64,000 nt of DNA from Eledone cirrhosa (GCA_964016885.1 OZ024743.1:370698001-370762000); one strand, 5' to 3'; positions 1 to 12,650 are shown, counted from the first letter of the stretch. Notes: generated by a model not told the origin, from the letters alone. Program-made: numbers and translations.

Positions 1-23
1 TGGATTTAGAAAATGCCAAACAA

Positions 24-1025
24 ATGGTAATGAAAGATGGGTACAGGGTCAGCCCCCCCCCCCCCCCACCTCCACCTAATAAAATGGAGCATCGGCGCCT
101 ATGCACCGTGTCGTATCGAACAATAAATGTAAAATCGCGCCGAGTGGAACGGGCATCCGAGTCCCAAATCCAAAAAGCTTTGGGACATGTGTGGGCAAGA
201 AAAACCCACATCAGACGTGGGCAGAAGTATGGAACCGTGGACGTGTTCTTTGAAACACCAGAGGAGGCTAGAGAACACTCCATGGCCCCATTAAGAAGTG
301 ACGACTTCACACTCATCCCAAGCTATTGTGGCCAGAGACTCGTAAAGATCAGGGTGACCCACGTTCCACCGGCCATCGAAATTCCCAGGCTAATAGCGGC
401 CGTCCTCGCCGGCATCGAAGCCAACACAAAGATAATAGCAATAGCAAAAGAAAAGCAGGAGAACTGGTCCGGATCTGGGATGGAGCTCCTGATCCAAGCG
501 GACCAAAAAAGCATTGAGGAGATCCCAGAGGTAATAGACCTCACTGACGGCAGCCATCTCACCGTAATTGTCGAGGGCAGAAGGCCTAGGTGTGTCGTTT
601 GTGGTGAAGGAACCCACCTAAGGGCTTTCTGCCCTCAGGCTAAAAGGTTGAGGCCACCTCTCCTACCCACCCCAGTGACACAACCATCAACACCACCAGT
701 AGCAGAGATGGCAGCAACAACAGAAGCAACTATAACAGCAACAACCCCAGCAACAGTAGCAAAACCAACACCACCACCACCAGCAAAACCAACACCACCA
801 CCACCCAACGCTTCAGAACTAGCACCAGCGCCTACACCCTCCACCACGCCACAACCAAAACTAACGCCTGTGGAGGATTTTCCACTCCCCGGCTTATCGC
901 AACTGGAGACAGATTGTGACGACGAGGAGTGGGAAACAGCATCAGAAAAAAAGAAAAAGAAACCAAAAAAGAAAAAATTATCTTCCTCCCCCCTCCAAAA
1001 ACAAATTATAGAGGGAAACAAATAA
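24..1025 (+). CDS. ORF1 (gag-like) of A1: zinc knuckle and Pro/Thr-rich linker; N-terminus cut by window
   Basis: RPRCVVCGEGTHLRAFC = CX2CX4HX4C; upstream region resembles an RRM-like ORF1 core (inference). Confidence 0.8.
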   Translation: MVMKDGYRVSPPPPPPPPNKMEHRRLCTVSYRTINVKSRRVERASESQIQKALGHVWARKTHIRRGQKYGTVDVFFETPEEAREHSMAPLRSDDFTLIPSYCGQRLVKIRVTHVPPAIEIPRLIAAVLAGIEANTKIIAIAKEKQENWSGSGMELLIQADQKSIEEIPEVIDLTDGSHLTVIVEGRRPRCVVCGEGTHLRAFCPQAKRLRPPLLPTPVTQPSTPPVAEMAATTEATITATTPATVAKPTPPPPAKPTPPPPNASELAPAPTPSTTPQPKLTPVEDFPLPGLSQLETDCDDEEWETASEKKKKKPKKKKLSSSPLQKQIIEGNK

Positions 1026-1053
1026 ATTAACAAACAAAAAAGTTAGGACAGAT

Positions 1054-1515
1054 ATGCCACCATCTACACCAGCATCACCAACCCCATCAACCCAAATGCC
1101 AACACCATCACCATCATTAACCCCAACACCACCATCACCTACACCACAAAAGTCACCAAAATGCGAAACAGAAACAGACCCACAACAAACGCAAACAAAA
1201 CAAAACAACCAAAACGATACACACTACACAGCATTAAATTTGAACAACAAGCAATTATTACACTACATCCAACACAACACCAGCATCACAGAAAAAGACT
1301 ACACAACAACCCAAAAATTCACACCACCTCCACACATACAAATCACTCGCATCACACAGAAAACGTACATGACACTAAAACAAAAATTCCCCAAAGACAT
1401 CGGAGCATTCCGACAAGCACTCTCCAGGAGGATTTATAAGGACATCCTTCATGAGGAGGCCACAAGCAGTGAAAAGGATGGAAAAACCGTCCTTCCCCTA
1501 CGAGAAGTAAGGTAA
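1054..1515 (+). CDS. ORF1 C-terminal segment (frameshifted) or small separate ORF of A1
   Basis: 153-aa ORF conserved in copy A2 (6976-7437); separated from ORF1 by poly-A tracts whose frame offset differs between copies. Confidence 0.55.
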   Translation: MPPSTPASPTPSTQMPTPSPSLTPTPPSPTPQKSPKCETETDPQQTQTKQNNQNDTHYTALNLNNKQLLHYIQHNTSITEKDYTTTQKFTPPPHIQITRITQKTYMTLKQKFPKDIGAFRQALSRRIYKDILHEEATSSEKDGKTVLPLREVR

Positions 1516-1549
1516 GTGGTCTTTCCCATCTTTTCCACTCCTTTTCAAC

Positions 1550-4500
1550 ATGACCTCACTCAGAATAGGCAGCATAAATGCGCGTGGCTTGGGGTCGTCA
1601 TGGAAGCAGGGCCACCTGCTCAACGACCTCAGGTCACTAAACATAGATGTAGTGGCCATCAGCGAGACCATAATCTCCGAAGCACGGGCCTTCGCACCGA
1701 TCTTCGGCGGCTACGATGTGTACGCATCTCCCAGCCGTCCTGGATCGGGGGGAGGAGTTGCTGTGCTTTTTCGGAGAGGTTTGGATCTTGCCATACGGAC
1801 CATCTTCCTGGACCCAGAAGGTAAGTTGGTGGTGCTGGACGTGACCAGCGGAGACGGGCAAGCTTTCAGGTTAGTGGCCGTGTATGCCCCGACAGGAGCA
1901 GGGCGGCCTGATTTCTTCCGGCGTCTGGAGACCTTTCTTGGAACGTCCCGCTCTTTAGTGTTAGTGGGCGACTGGAACGGGATCTTAGATGCACGCTGGG
2001 ATTGCGTGGGATTAGTGGATAGGGAAGGAGGGTGCAAGAGTCTCACCAACCTGCTCAGACGTTTTGAACTGTCTGACAGGTACCGAATGGATTTCCCGAA
2101 TGTGCCAATGTGGACTTGGACAAATCGCATAGGGTCATCCAGATCATATCTAGATAGAGTATTTTGTAGGGAAATAGATAAGTCTAGCATAGGCTGCCCA
2201 CAATTCAAGATAGTCAGCTACACGGACCACAAATTCGTGATCTGTGTGCTTGACTTAGATAGGCTTCATAGACGAGGACCCGGCTACTGGAAGCTAAACG
2301 CGTCCTTACCAGCGCGCAAGGCCTCAAGAGACCGAAATAGCGAACTAGTTAAGCGGGCGTTGATGGGGGCCATCGTCAACAACGAGTGGTGGTTTGCTCT
2401 GAAAAGAGCAATTAGGACAGAGTCCATTAGGTTTAGTAAGGCTTTAGCAATAGAGAAAAATAGAGCAGAGGGAGAATTAGTTAGAAAATTAGACGAGGCG
2501 CTTAGCAAAGGCATCGCGACCGACGTACTTGCGGCGAAATTGGCCCTTGACCAATTCTTCAATGCAAAGCACGAAGGCTGCGTTATCAGAGCTAGGGTGC
2601 GTGCTCTCAGACACGAGGGGACGAAAGCCGTTCAATGGGCGCGAGTGGCGGAGGCGCGTCGTGGCAATAAAGCCACGATCCGGTCTTTGCTGGACCACGA
2701 CGGGCGCATGCTACTCGATCCCGGGCAAATGTGTGAAGCTTTTCAACGACACTTCACTCAACTGTTCGGGGGCAGTGGCGGGCCGGATCGAGGGATGGAC
2801 TTTAGTGTCTACCTCGACGGATTGCCGCGGCTTTCGGCCACTGAGGCGGAGTGTTGCGAAAAGCCGATAACAACCGCTGAAGTACGGGAGGCAATGACTG
2901 GCTGCACAAGGAGTAAATCGCCTGGTTTGGATGGTCTGCCCTATGAACTTTACGTACAAATGCCAGACTTGTTCGGAGGCCTCTTGGCGGACGTCTACTA
3001 CAACTGGCAACAGAACGAGAGAATTCCCAGCGCTCTGTGAGCCGAGGAGCGGTGGTGCTGCTGAGAAAGGATCCGAACAAGGGGGATAACATACATAATT
3101 TTAGGCCCATAACTCTGCTAAACACAGAGTTCAAGATTTTGGCCAAGGTGCTAGCAAAGAGGTTGGCGCTTGTCGTTGGTGGTCTGGTGGGAGAGGCACA
3201 GACATGCGCCATTCCCGACAGATCCATCCACGACAACCTCCACCTCATGCGATACATCGTAGAGAGGGTAGCTAGGGAACCTGGCACGGGTGGGTCTTTG
3301 ATCAATTTAGACCAGTCGAAAGCCTTCGATAGGGTCGACCATCGTTACCTAGCGGCAGTCCTGAGGGCGGCTGGCTTTGGGCCCGTCTTCAGAGGCTGGA
3401 TCGCTGCCATGCACAGCGACATCTGCTCTGTAGTGAGAGTGAACGGTCACCTTTCGGAACCGTTCAACATCATGCGCTCGGTCCGCCAAGGATGTCCCCT
3501 CTCGTCCCTATTGTACGTATTGACTCTCGAGCCATTACTGCACAAACTGGAGACGTTGAGGGGGGTCCCGCGCGAAATCGGATGCGGAAGATCCGTGTCA
3601 GCATATGCCGACGATGTCACCGTAGTGGTGTCGAACCCCAAACACATCGAGGCGATCGGCACTACACTAAGAGAATACGAAGCGGTGACAGGAGAAATGA
3701 TCAACCAGGAAAAGTCAGTGGGCCTGCAGCTCGGCACCTGGAGAGGCAGGTCCATGCCGTCCAACAGCGTCGTCGGGCGCTGGACGGACGGACCGGTTAA
3801 ATTGCTAGGGGTCTGGTTCGGTCCAGACCTCCAGACGGACAAAAACTGGGACGAGGTGACGAGCAGGGTGGCTTCTCTCACCCAGAAATGGGCCGAGAGG
3901 AAGCTATCCCTGAAAGGTCGAGCGGAGGTGGCGAATGCGTACATCGCGTCCGTCATCTACTACTGCCTGACCGTCGTACCTTGTCCTAAGCCCCGCCTGA
4001 CTGCGCTGGAGCGTTGCTCTTTCGCTTCTTGTGGAAGGGACGCGCTCCGATGGTCAGGCGGTCCATCTGCTGTCAACACCTGCTACGTGGAGGGCTGGGC
4101 ATGCCGTGGCTGGTGATGCGCAGACACGCGCTCAGGCTACGACATCTCCACCTCTTCCTCGACGGTGATTAGGTGTGGTCGCCGTTTGCTAGACACGTTT
4201 TTCCCCAGCTCGTCTCCTTGACGGAGCTGCAGTCCTGGGTCAAGCGAAGACCGAGAGGGAGCGCTTGGAGACTGGAATGTCTTCAGGCGCTCACAGCCCT
4301 CGACCAATCGGGCAATGTGATCGGTGGAAACTCCACCTTGGCGTTCTATAGGGGATTAGTGGAGGGTAAGAGCGACGACGTACTTGGAGAAACACTAGGC
4401 GTCGACGAAAATCAACTAGCCAATCTCTTCGGGAGGACTTTCGGGCCGGGGCCTATGGACAACTTCCAGAAATCCCTGGCCTGACAGTGCTACCGGGGAG

Positions 4501-4970
4501 CTTTGCCAGTTCGGGATAATCTCTACAGGCATGGAGGTGCCGTCAGCCGGGCATGTCCGAGATGCGCACAGGGCGACGAAACCGTCCTGCACGCACTCGT
4601 CCAGTGTCCGAGCATTGCTGACTTGTGGGTTTATGTCGAACACCTGCTGTCACGTGTAGGACGGATCCAGCTATCAGCTGAGTCCATCGTGAGGATTGCC
4701 CCGCCCTCTTCCTTTAGCCGGGAAGGGCAGGCAGTTTTTATCTGTCTGGTGGCCATGGCGAAAGAGATAGTATGGTGGACACGTTTGAAAGGGCTGAAGA
4801 CGAGCACTTACCTTTTCGGTGATGCCCTGATTAACTTTTTCAAATTTCATTTGCAAAGGAAAATCAGGGTAGAGAGGGAAGTGCTCTCTTCCCAGCATTT
4901 TGTTGAAAGATGGGTGAGAGAAGCAAGTATGGCCCGAATGAATGGGCCTTCTCTGAGTATGTGTCTGTAA
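1550..4970 (+). pseudogene. ORF2 of A1 (APE endonuclease, RT, C-terminal zinc finger), disrupted
   Basis: SINARGL, GDWN, SYLDR, TDHK (APE); KSPGLDG, FRPITLL, DQSKAFD, RQGCPLS, YADD (RT); CPRC..ETVLHALVQC; frameshifts near 3031 and 4013, stops near 4170 and 4482. Confidence 0.92.
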
Positions 4971-5214
4971 ATTAAAGGTGGAAAACTGGGAGAGGGCACT
5001 TGCCCTGGTGGTCAGGGCCACTGTGGTCTTTTAATGGGCTTTCTCCACAAATGTCCCTTGGAAATCTCCCCCCCTATTGAGGAATTTTTCTTTGTTATTT
5101 TATTTCAACCTCTGTTTTTTTACACGCAGAAATGCCCATTTGTACCGTCCTGTATTGTCCTGTACTGTCCTTAATGTCTACTTTATGTGAACCCTTGTGG
5201 TTAATAAAGAAAAC

Positions 5215-5238
5215 ATTATTATTATTATTATTATTATT
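5215..5238 (+). repeat. (ATT)8 junction microsatellite between tandem Tx1 copies
   Basis: direct reading. Confidence 0.95.
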
Positions 5239-5447
5239 GGCGACCTACGTAGGAAATCGTATTATCGTGAGCTCCGCAAAGGTTTGTTATATCCGTTTGT
5301 TTAAAAATTGCCATTTATGGAAAATTTTATTGTAAACTGTTTATAAGCACACATACATTGTTTTCCGAAAAGGACACCCAAAAAGATTAGGGCCTTGTGC
5401 CCAAAATTTTAACTTTTATTATTTTCCAAAAATTTCTTTGAAAAAAA

Positions 5448-7437
5448 ATGGCTAATTCCCCTCTGCACGAAGCAGCTGAAAGCCTTCCTCACAAAATAAC
5501 ACCTCACACCGACACCACCATTGTAAATGTTACTACGTTTGCCAACACAAAAAAAAATATAAGCAGTAGCAATATTTTAAATTTGTCTCAGGCAGACATT
5601 CATTTCCCGCCATTACCAATGACTGCAGGTGTTAAACCCTCCACCACCACCGCGACAACCACCACCACCACCACCACCGCGACAACAGAAACAAAAGAAG
5701 AAAAAAATAAATTAACTCGTGACGTCGAAATGAAATCAAGCAAAATGGACTCTTCCCCACCAAAGACGACTGACGTCACCACCACAACTGAAAATAAAAT
5801 TAATATTAACGATAGCAACAACAACAACAATGACATTATAAAACCGACCCTCAGTTTCGCCATCGTAGCAAAACAATTCGAAGCGTTCACGGTAACTCAA
5901 GAAGATTTAGAAAATGCCAAACAAATGGTAAAGAAAGATGGGTACAGGGTCAGCCTCACCCCCCCCCCCCCCCCCCACCTAATAAAATGGAGCATCGGCG
6001 CCTGTGCACCGTGTCGTATAGAACAATAAATGTAAAATCGCGCCGAGTGGAACGGGCATCCGAGTCCCAAATCCAAAAAGCTTTGGGACATGTGTGGGCA
6101 AGAAAAACCCATATCAGACGTGGGCAAAAGTATGGAACCGTGGATGTGTTCTTTGAAACACCAGAGGAGGCTAGAGAACACTCCATGGCCCCATTAAAAA
6201 GTGACGACCTCACACTCGTCCCAAGCTATTGTGGCCAGAGACTCGTAAAGATCAGGGTGACCCACGTTCCACCGGCCATCGAAATTCCCTGGCTAATAGC
6301 GGCTGTCCTCACCGACATCGAAGCCAACGCGAAAATAATAGCAGTAGCAAAAGAAAAGCAGGAAAACTGGTCCGGATCTGGGATGGAGCTCCTGATCCAA
6401 GCGGACCAAAAAAGCATTGAGGAGATCCCAGAGGTAATAGACCTCACTGACGGAAGCCACCTCACGGTAATTGTCGAGGGCAGAAGACCTAGGTGTGTCG
6501 TTTGTGGTGAAGGAACCCACCTAAGGGCTTTCTGCCCTCAGGCTGGAAGGTTGAGGCCACCTCTCCTACCCACCCCAGTGACAAAACCATCAACACCACC
6601 AGTAGCAGAGATGGCAGCAACAACTGTAGCAGCAACAACAGAAGCAACTATAACAGCAACAACCCCAGCAACAGTAGCAAAACCAACACCACCACCACCA
6701 CCACCAGCAAAACCAACACCACCACCACCCAACGCTTCAGAACTAGCACCAGCGCCTACACCATCCACCACACCACAACCAAAACTAACGGCTGTGGAGG
6801 ATTTTCCACTCCCCGGCCTATCACAACTGGAGACAGATTGTGACGACGAGGAGTGGGAAACGATATCCGGAAAAAAAAAAGAAACCAAAAAAGAAAAAAT
6901 TATCTTCCTTCCTCCTCCAAAAACAAAATACAGAGGGAAACAAATAAACTAAGAAACAAAAAAGTTAGGACAGATATGCCACCATCCACACCAGCATCAC
7001 CAACCCCATCAACCCAAACACCAACACCATCACCATCATTATCCCCAGCACCACCATCACCTACACCACAAAAGTCACCAAAATTCGAAACAGAAACAAA
7101 CCCACAACAAACGCGAACAAAACAAAACAACCAAAACGATACACACTACACAGCATTAAATTTGAACAACAAGCAATTATTACACTACATCCAACACAAC
7201 ACCAGCATCACAAAAAAAGACTACACAACAACCCCAAAATTCACACCACCTCCACACATACAAATCACTCGCATCACACAGAAAACGTACATGACACTAA
7301 AACAAAAATTCCCCAAAGACATCGGAGCATTCCGACAAGCACTCTCCAGGAGGATTTATAAGGACATCCTTCCTGAGGAGGCCACAAGCAGTGAAAAGGA
7401 TGGAAAAACCGTCCTTCCCCTACGAGAAGTAAGGTAA
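5448..7437 (+). pseudogene. ORF1 of A2, frameshifted at homopolymer runs
   Basis: ORFs 5448-6029, 5987-6952 and 6853-7437 join at poly-C (~5960-5976) and poly-A (~6871-6880); CCHC knuckle; homopolymer indels may be assembly errors. Confidence 0.8.
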
Positions 7438-7471
7438 GTGGTCTTTCCCATCTTTTCCACTCCTTTTCAAC

Positions 7472-10400
7472 ATGACCTCACTCAGAATAGGCAGCATAAA
7501 TGCGCGTGGCTTGGGGTCGTCATGGAAGCAGGGCCACCTGCTCAACGACCTCAGGTCACTAAACATAGATGTAGTGGCCATCAGCGAGACCAGAATCTCC
7601 GAAGCACAGGCTTTCGCACCGATCTTCGGCGGCTACGATGTGTAGGCATCTCCCAGCCGTCCGGGATCGGGGGGAGGAGTTGCTGTGCTTTTTCGGAGAG
7701 GTTTGGATCTTGCCATACGGGCCATCTTCCTGGACCCAGAAGGTAAGTTGGTGGTGCTGGACGTGACCAGCGGAGACGGGCAAGCTTTCAGGTTAGTGGC
7801 CGTCTATGCCCCGACAGGAGAAGGGCGGCCTGATTTCTTCCGGCGTCTGGAGACCTTTCTTGGAACGTCCCGCTCTTTAGTGTTAGTGGGCGACTGGAAA
7901 GGGATCTTAGATGCACGCTGGGATTGTGTGGGATTAGTGGATAGGGAAGGAGGGTGCAAGAGTCTCACCAACCTGCTCAGACGTTTTGAACTGTCTGACA
8001 GGTACCGAATGGATTTCCCGAATGTACCAATGTGGACTTGGACAAATCGCATAGGGTCATCCAGATCATATCTAGATAGAGTATTTTGTAGGGAAATAGA
8101 TAGGTCTAGCATAGGCTGTCCACAATTCAAGATAGTCAGCTACACGGACCACAAATTCGTGATCTGTGTGCTTGACTTAGATAGGCTTCATAGACGAGGA
8201 CCCGGCTACTGGAAGTTAAACGCGTCTTTACCAGCGCGCAAGGCCTACAGAGACCGGATTAGCGAACTAGTTAAGCGGGCGTTGACGGGGGCCATCGTCA
8301 ACAACAAGTGGTGGTTTGCTCTGAAAAGAGCAATTAGAATAGAGTCCATTAGGTTTAGTAAGACTTTAGCAATAGAGAAAAATAGAGCAGAGGGAGAATT
8401 AGTTAGAAAATTAGATGAGGCGCTTAGCAAAGGCATCGCGACCGACGTGCTTGCGGCGAAATTGGCCCTTGACCAATTCTTCAATGCAAAGCACGAAGGC
8501 TGCGTTGTCAGAGCTAGGGTGCGTGCTCTCAGACACGAGGGGACGAAAGCCGTTCAATGGGCGCGAGTGGCGGAGGCGCGTCGTGGCAACAAAGCCACGA
8601 TCCGGTCTTTGCTGGACCACGACGGGCGCATGCTACTCGATCCCGGGAAAATGTGTGAAGCTTTTCAGCGACACTTCGCTCAACTGTTCGGGGGCAGTGG
8701 CGGGCCGGATCGAGGGATGGACTTTAGTGTCTACCTCGACGGACTGCCGCGGCTTTCGGCCACTGAGGCGGAGTGTTGCGAAAAGCCGATAACAACCGCT
8801 GAAGTACGGGATGCAATGACTAGTTGCACAAGGGGTAAATCGCCTGGTTTGGATGGTCTGCCCTATGAACTTTACGTACAAATGCCAAACTTGTTCGGAG
8901 GCCTCTTGGCGGACGTCTACTGCAACTGGCAACAGAACGGGAGAATTCCCAGCTCTGTGAGCCGAGGAGCGGTGGCGCTGCTGAGAAAGGATCCGAACAA
9001 GGGGGATAACATAGATAATTTTAGGCCCATAACTCTGCTAAACACAGAGTTCAAGATTTTGGCCAAGGTGCTAGCAAAGAGGTTGGCGCTTGTCGTTGGT
9101 GGTCTGGTGGGAGAGGCACAGACATGCGCCATTCCCGACAGATCCATCCACGACAACCTCCACCTCATGCGATACATCGTAGAGAGGGTAGCTAGGGAAC
9201 CTGGCACGGGTGGGTCTTTGATCAATTTAGATCAGTCGAAAGCCTTCGATAGGGTCGACCATCGTTACCTAGCAGCAGTCCTGAGGGCGGCTGGCTTTGG
9301 GCCCGTCTTCAGAGGCTGGATCGCTGCCATGCACAGCGACATCTGCTCTGTAGTGAGAGTGAACGGTCACCTTTCGGAACCGTTCAACATCATGCGCTCG
9401 GTCCGCCAAGGATGTCCCCTCTCGTCCCTATTGTACGTATTGACTCTCGAGCCATTACTGCACAAACTGGAGACGTTGAGGGGGGTCCCGCGCGAACTAG
9501 GATGCGGAAGATCCGTGTCAGCATATGCCGACGATGTCACCGTAGTGGTGTCGAACGCCAAACACATCGAGGCGATCGGCACTACACTAAGAGAATACGA
9601 AGCGGTGACAGGAGCAATGATCAACCAGGAAAAGTCAGTGGGCCTGCAGCTCGGCACCTGGAGAGGCAGGTCCATGCCGTCCAACAGCGTCGTCGGGCGC
9701 TGGACGGACCGGTTAAATTGCTAGGGGTCTGGTTCGGTCCAGACCTCCAGACGGACAAAAACTGGGACGAGGTGACGAGCAGGGTGGCTTCTCTCACCCA
9801 GAAATGGGCCGAGAGGAAGCTATCCCTGAAAGGTCGAGCGGAGGTGGCGAATGCGTACATCGCATCCGTCATCTACTACCGCCTGACTGTCGTACCTTGT
9901 CCTAAGCCCCGCCTGACTGCGCTGGAGCGTTTGCTCTTTCGCTTCTTGTGGAAGGGACGCGCTCCGATGGTCAGGCGGTCCATCTGCTGTCAACACCCGC
10001 TACGTGGAGGGCTGGGCATGCCGTGGCTGATGATGCGCAGACACGCGCTCAGGCTACGACATCTCCACCTCTTCCTCGACGGTGATCAGGTGTGGTCGCC
10101 GTTTGCAAGACACGTTTTTCCCCAGCTCGTCTCCTTGACGGAGCTGCAGTCCTGGGTCAAGCGAAGACCGAGAGGGAGCGCTTGGAGACTGGAATGTCTT
10201 CAGGCGCTCACAGCCCTCGACCAATCGGGCAATGTGATCGGTGGAAACTCCACCTTGGCGTTCTATAGGGGATTAGTGGAGGGGAAGAGCGACGACGTAC
10301 TTGGAGAAACTCTAGGCGTCGACGAAAATCAACTAGCCAATCTCTTCGGAAGGACTTTCGGGCCGGGGCCTATGGACAACTTCCAGAAATCCCTGGCCTG

Positions 10401-10887
10401 GCAGTGCTACCGAGGAGCTTTGCCAGTTCGGGATAAACTCTACAGGCATGGAGGTGCCGTCAGCCGGGCATGTCCGAGATGCGCGCAGGGCGACGAAACC
10501 GTTCTGCACGCACTCGTCCAGTGTCCGAGCATTGCTGACTTGTGGGTTTATGTCGAACACCTGCTGTCACGTGTAGGACTGATCCAGCTATCAGCTGAGT
10601 CCATCGTGAGGATTGCCCCGCCCCCTTCCTTTAGCCTGGAAGGGCAGGCAGTTTTTATCTGTCTGGTGGCCATGGCGAAAGAGATAGTATGGTGGACACG
10701 TTTGAAAGAGCTGAAGACGAGCACTTACCTCTTCGGTGATGCCCTGTTTAAGTTTTTCAAATTTCATTTGAAAAGGAAAATCAGGGTAGAAAGGGAAGTG
10801 CTCTCTTCCCAGCATTTTGTTGAAAGATGGGTGAGAGAAGCAAGTATGGCCCGAATGAATGGGCCTTCTCTGAGTATGTGTCTGTAA
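7472..10887 (+). pseudogene. ORF2 of A2 (APE-RT-ZnF), disrupted
   Basis: same motifs as A1; TAG near 7643 (TAC in A1) and 4-bp GGAC deletion near 9705. Confidence 0.92.
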
Positions 10888-11129
10888 ATTAAAGGTGGAA
10901 AACTGGGAGAGGGCACTTGCCCTGGTGGTCAGGGCCACTGTGGTCTTTTAATGGGCTTTCTCCACAAATGTCCCTTGGAAGTCTCCCCCCTATTGGGGAA
11001 TTTTTCTTTGTTATTTTATTTCAACCTCTGTTTTTTTACACGCAGAAATGCCCATTTGTACCGTCCTGTATTGTCCTGTACTGTCCTTAATGTCTACTTT
11101 ATGTGAACCCTTGTGGTTAATAAAGAAAA

Positions 11130-11130
<1 letters not shown>

Positions 11131-11176
<46 letters not shown>
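11131..11176 (+). repeat. (ATT)15 / (TAA)15 microsatellite shared by two LINE tails
   Basis: direct reading. Confidence 0.95.
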
Positions 11177-11179
<3 letters not shown>

Positions 11180-12390
11180 GAGTCTCAGTCTTTGATGTTA
11201 TATAACTGGAAAGTTTGTTGAAATGATCATCAAGCCGCTACCTGCAGCCTCAGATATTCAGGACGTATCGGAGGGTTCTTGCTGTTCCTAGGAAGCATGC
11301 CTTTTGAAGTGTTCCAAAAAACGGGGCTGGACTAATCTTCTTTAACCATCCTTGAAAACTCTTTGAAATGATACCTAGTGCTCCTACGACAATCAGGACG
11401 ACCTTGATCTCATGACAGTCCCAAATATTTTTTAACTCCCACTTTAAATCCTGGTATCGGTTAATTTTCTCCTTCTCCTTTACTTGCACTCTCGTGTCAA
11501 ATGGGCAGGCTACATCTATAATCAGGCACGATCTTTTTTCCTTGTCAAAAACCACCAGGTCAGGCCTATTGTGTTCTAATTTCTTGTCCATCTGTATCCT
11601 AAAATCCCGTAGCACCTTCACTTGATCGTTTTCTATCACCGACTCTGGCTTAAGCTCATACCACTTCTCAGAATGTGGTAAATTATTTAGTTTGCATAGA
11701 TACCAGTGAATCGCCTTTCCTATCATATCATGTCTCCAGCCTTTATATTGGGTCTGGGTTAGGTGTTTCCACTCGGATACAATATGAGCCACACTCTCTT
11801 CTCTCTCTCTCCATAGATCCTACATAGAAAGCTGGCTTCCTCCTTGTCAATATGGTGTTTCACCCACTTCGTTCTGAGGGCCTGTTCTTGTTCAGTCATT
11901 AGCATTCCTTCTGTAGCTTTTTAAAGGTCTCCTCTTTTTAACTAGTTCCATGTCTATGGATCTCTGAATTTTGTTTTCTTAAAGAGGTGCTATAAAGGGA
12001 TTTTTCATGAAGGCTGCTCTTCCTCCTTGTTGTTATTTCCTCCTTGGGCATCCCTGGTATATTGTCTTCTCCTTCAGTACAACTTTGAACATTGGCTCCC
12101 TACTGTCGGACACATATTCGTGCAGACTGTTTTTCTCCATCTGAACACAGTTCTGTATGCTGATAAGACCTCTTCCATCTTCAAATCTCTTTAAGTAGAG
12201 TCTATCAACATCACTCCTCTTGTGGAACATGCTGTAGGTAATCATTAGCTTTCTAGTCTTCCTATCCATTTCTTTTTGTTCAGTAACATTCCATTTCAAA
12301 ATTCCCGCACTGTACCTAATAATAGACACAGCTCGGGAATTTACTGCACTTATGACATTCCTGCTATTTAGATGTAATTTTAGTACGTTT
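11177..12390 (-). mobile_element. R4/Dong-clade RLE non-LTR retrotransposon, 5'-truncated, decayed
   Basis: ORF 11250-11792: RHD, HNRPDLVV..IIDVACP, EKINRYQDL, VVGALG (restriction-like endonuclease); ORF 12033-12390: DVDRLYL.R..GRGL (RT thumb); ends in (TAA)n. Confidence 0.85.
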
Positions 12391-12650
12391 AAAAACTCTA
12401 AACTCAAATATGCTACTTCATTATCTACATATATCTTCATTGAAAACTAGCAACAAACCCTACACCCTACAATGGAACGTGTTGGCTAAAGCGCCCTCTT
12501 ATAAACCTCCCAACAAACTCTGTAACTTATGCCTCCTTGGATCTCGTACTATTATTTTTTTCTAAACTAAGCTTACTAAATAGAAAATCTGAAATATTTT
12601 CTACGTATCCACACACCCACCAACAATATTTTCACTCTTTTAAATCTAGC
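12391..12650 (+). mobile_element. Penelope-like element, GIY-YIG C-terminal fragment (AT-rich 3' region continues to ~14050)
   Basis: across frameshifts: KYATSLSTYI, YTLQWNVLAKAPSY, CNLC, LNRKSEIFSTY; possible decayed hammerhead at 13203-13258. Confidence 0.65.

Larger units (their letters stand above)
1..5214 (+). mobile_element. Tx1/L1-clade non-LTR retrotransposon, copy A1 (5' end outside window)
   Basis: CCHC gag-like ORF1, APE-RT-zinc finger ORF2, 3' UTR with AATAAA (5203) followed by (ATT)8; nearly identical to 5239-11130. Confidence 0.92.
5239..11130 (+). mobile_element. Tx1/L1-clade retrotransposon, copy A2, apparently full length (~5.9 kb)
   Basis: ~210-bp 5' UTR, ORF1 from 5448, ORF2 7472-10887, same 3' UTR as A1, flanked by (ATT)n on both sides. 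Confidence 0.93.

Noticed and set aside
5238-5290. TGGCGAC as an LTR primer-binding site, or an HDV-like ribozyme at the Tx1 5' end
   Set aside because: No LTR or integrase; nested pseudoknot could not be built; only the palindrome CCTACGTAGG is evident
323-10938. Antisense and alternate-frame ORFs over the Tx1 copies
   Set aside because: Shadows of GC-rich coding sequence with no motifs; repeated only because the copies are near-identical
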